64,000 nt of DNA from a virus, in the IMG/VR virus record IMGVR_UViG_3300015371_000021, positions 1 through 64,000 of that record. One strand, given 5' to 3'. The first letter of the stretch is position 1. Every line of letters starts with the position of its first letter. The notes under the pieces were generated by a model, which did no database searches, was not told the DNA's origin, and was given only the letters and a program-made list of their open reading frames with translations. Below are positions 61,985 to 64,000 of this stretch, one piece after another. Made by a program: the position numbers and the translations under genes.

Positions 61985-64000
61985 CTAAATCCCCTCTCCG
62001 CCAAACGAGCGCCGCTGCCCGCCTTGGCCGCCGCCTTGCCCAGGGGGCAGCCGCTGCGCTGCCATCTGCTGGTCGTGCGCCATGCGGGTGTGCTCTAGCG
62101 CCTGGTTCGCCTGCATCTCCTGGGCATGCAGCTGGTGATCCATCTGCGCCTGCTGGACGTCGTGCACGTGCTGCCGCTCGGCGAGCTGCTGATCGTGCGC
62201 CAGCTTCAGCGTCTCGATCTGCATCTTCTGCGCGCCGAGGGCCATCTTGTTCTGCCGCTCCGCCGCATCGTTGGCCGCCTTACGTTGGCTATCGCGCTCA
62301 CGCTGTTGCATGTCCGCCAGCTGCGACGCGGCCTTGCGCTGGCTGTCCTGGGTCTTCTGCTGGTTGGTCATCTCGGTCGTCTTGATCTTGGCTGCCGCCG
62401 CCGCCGCCCCGGGATCAGTCCCCGGTGCCTGTGGCGGCGGCTGTACCACGATCTTGTCGGCATCCGAGATACCGACCATCCGCATGATACGCTTCAAGAT
62501 ATCGTCCATATCGAGACGCGGCATGAACTGCGGCATCGAACTCAGGGTCGCGAGCGCAGTGGCCAGCATAGTGCGATGCACCTGGGATGGCACGTTGGGA
62601 TCGGACGCCGGCACCAGGTTCAGATTGGCGAACTCGGACGCTGCCGCCCAGGCTCGCTTAGGGTTGTCCAGCACCTCAGGAAACGACTTTGGGTCCTCCA
62701 TAAACAGCTCGCGGAGCATTACCAGCTCCTGCCGCATCGCTTCGTGCAAGCGCTTATGGATCGCGCTCATCACCATGGTCTTTTCTTCGAGCATGGCCAT
62801 AATCGTACCAACTGGAGTGTTGGCCCGCCCTTCACCAACCTCCAACTGGGCCGCCGCGCCAACACGCTGTGCCGCTTGTTGGATCAGCTCGTAAAACTGG
62901 ATAGCGACCGGGGATAGGTCCTTATACGGCAGCGCCATCACCGCATCGCGCAGGTTGGTGATAGTGGCCGGAACCGCGACGTCGACGAACTCGCCCGGCC
63001 CTGGATTTAGATCATTACGCTCGGTGCGAGCGTCCTTGATCTTCAGCCCGCCCGGAAACGTCGCGAACAGCATGCAATCGGTCAGCTGCCGCACGATACC
63101 GGTCAGTGTCGCGACGTTATTGCCCTGTAGGTGCAAAAAGCCATACGCCAGAAAGCCGAAGCCAGGTACCATTTGATAGTGAACGCAGCGGCGCTTACGG
63201 GCGAATTTTTTGTCACCCTGCTTCCAGAACCGCTCAATACGCAAAATCTCCCGGCTCGACCTTTCCAACGTCACCCGATAGGGCAACGGCAGGCCACGCT
63301 TGGCGCCCTTCTCACGCAGCCCATACATCGCTAGATCGAGGTCGGTCACCGTCGCATAGACCTCGAATGGCTGGTCCTGCGGGCGCTGCCCGTGCGGCGT
63401 GATGCCGGCTGTCTGGTCTAGCTTGGCCCTAGCCGGGTCGGTGGACGGCAATGGAATGCCCAGAGCGCAATCGCGCCACAACCCATAATGCTGCCGCCGC
63501 CGCATCTCCACGGGAGAAACGATGCTGCGCATAGTCCAGCGCGTGGCGGTCTCCAGGCTAGTCGCTTCCTCGGAGACAATCAGGTCCTCGACCCCCACCG
63601 TATCGACCCGGGGCCGGCGCCTGACCGGACAGTGGTAGCCGTAGCGAAACAGATTCCCGCTATAAAACAGCGAAAACAGCCCCCGATCGAGATCAGGGAC
63701 GTATTCCGGCATTCCTTGAGTGAGAGCCAGGTTGAAGTCCTGTTCGAAGTCGGCGGCCAGCTGGTCATCGGCTTCCGCCGACCCTGCCACTTCCTGAACT
63801 TTAGCGGGGCCGCCAGCCGGCAGCAGCTCGCCACGCGCCTGTGCCTGCGCCTTGACCACCGACTCTAACATCGTCGTGTCTTTTAGCTGACTGACCTTGC
63901 GGCCGGTCGTCGCGGCCTTGCTGTCGCCAGAGTGGCCGGGCCACTCAGTACTCAAACCCAGCGCGTCGATGCCGGCGCGGTAGTTGTCGATGAACCCCTG
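61985..64000 (-). CDS. portal protein (5' end outside the window)
   Basis: ARGELLPAGGP.K, Y...PGFGF..YGF.HL.G, LPYK..S, PVGT..A.LE...VMSAIHKRLH, P.SDPN. Confidence 0.88.
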   Translation of the reverse strand, partial: QGFIDNYRAGIDALGLSTEWPGHSGDSKAATTGRKVSQLKDTTMLESVVKAQAQARGELLPAGGPAKVQEVAGSAEADDQLAADFEQDFNLALTQGMPEYVPDLDRGLFSLFYSGNLFRYGYHCPVRRRPRVDTVGVEDLIVSEEATSLETATRWTMRSIVSPVEMRRRQHYGLWRDCALGIPLPSTDPARAKLDQTAGITPHGQRPQDQPFEVYATVTDLDLAMYGLREKGAKRGLPLPYRVTLERSSREILRIERFWKQGDKKFARKRRCVHYQMVPGFGFLAYGFLHLQGNNVATLTGIVRQLTDCMLFATFPGGLKIKDARTERNDLNPGPGEFVDVAVPATITNLRDAVMALPYKDLSPVAIQFYELIQQAAQRVGAAAQLEVGEGRANTPVGTIMAMLEEKTMVMSAIHKRLHEAMRQELVMLRELFMEDPKSFPEVLDNPKRAWAAASEFANLNLVPASDPNVPSQVHRTMLATALATLSSMPQFMPRLDMDDILKRIMRMVGISDADKIVVQPPPQAPGTDPGAAAAAAKIKTTEMTNQQKTQDSQRKAASQLADMQQRERDSQRKAANDAAERQNKMALGAQKMQIETLKLAHDQQLAERQHVHDVQQAQMDHQLHAQEMQANQALEHTRMAHDQQMAAQRLPPGQGGGQGGQRRSFGGEGI

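Overview
The window is about 64 kb of a GC-rich, tailed dsDNA phage genome with a podovirus-like gene set. The host is probably an alphaproteobacterium, possibly Acetobacteraceae-like (inference from the tatA sequence and the style of its moron proteins). A long minus-strand late region (about 21.9-64 kb) encodes portal, a GroES-like co-chaperonin, scaffold, major capsid protein, adaptor/tail-tube proteins, an S74-chaperoned fibre, many minor tail proteins, two GNAT-like proteins, ejection proteins and a holin. A plus-strand early region (14.9-21.9 kb) carries an XRE repressor and an SSB-like protein. A second minus-strand block (1-14.6 kb) carries VRR-NUC, primase-helicase with a likely iteron origin, small terminase, 2OG-Fe(II) oxygenase, a beta-helix depolymerase and an endolysin. 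I found no integrase, terminase large subunit, tRNA, CRISPR array or reverse transcriptase. Main observations: (1) the phage encodes its own TatA next to terS, a twin-arginine FN3+GH16 glycanase missed by the ORF track (1..1707), and several Cys-rich signal-peptide proteins inside the morphogenesis operon, suggesting an export-dependent late programme; (2) about 17 copies of an x-A-x-GG type motif in internal proteins plus a stand-alone duplicated 'GE(F/Y)' module, a candidate processing/targeting system; (3) a GH5 pseudo-cellulase with an inserted domain shared with the GH16 protein; (4) an Ala-repeat gene whose codons look diversified almost only by C>T/G>A changes; (5) an antisense SinI-like ORF inside the repressor gene. 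All product calls come from motif recognition by eye, not database searches.
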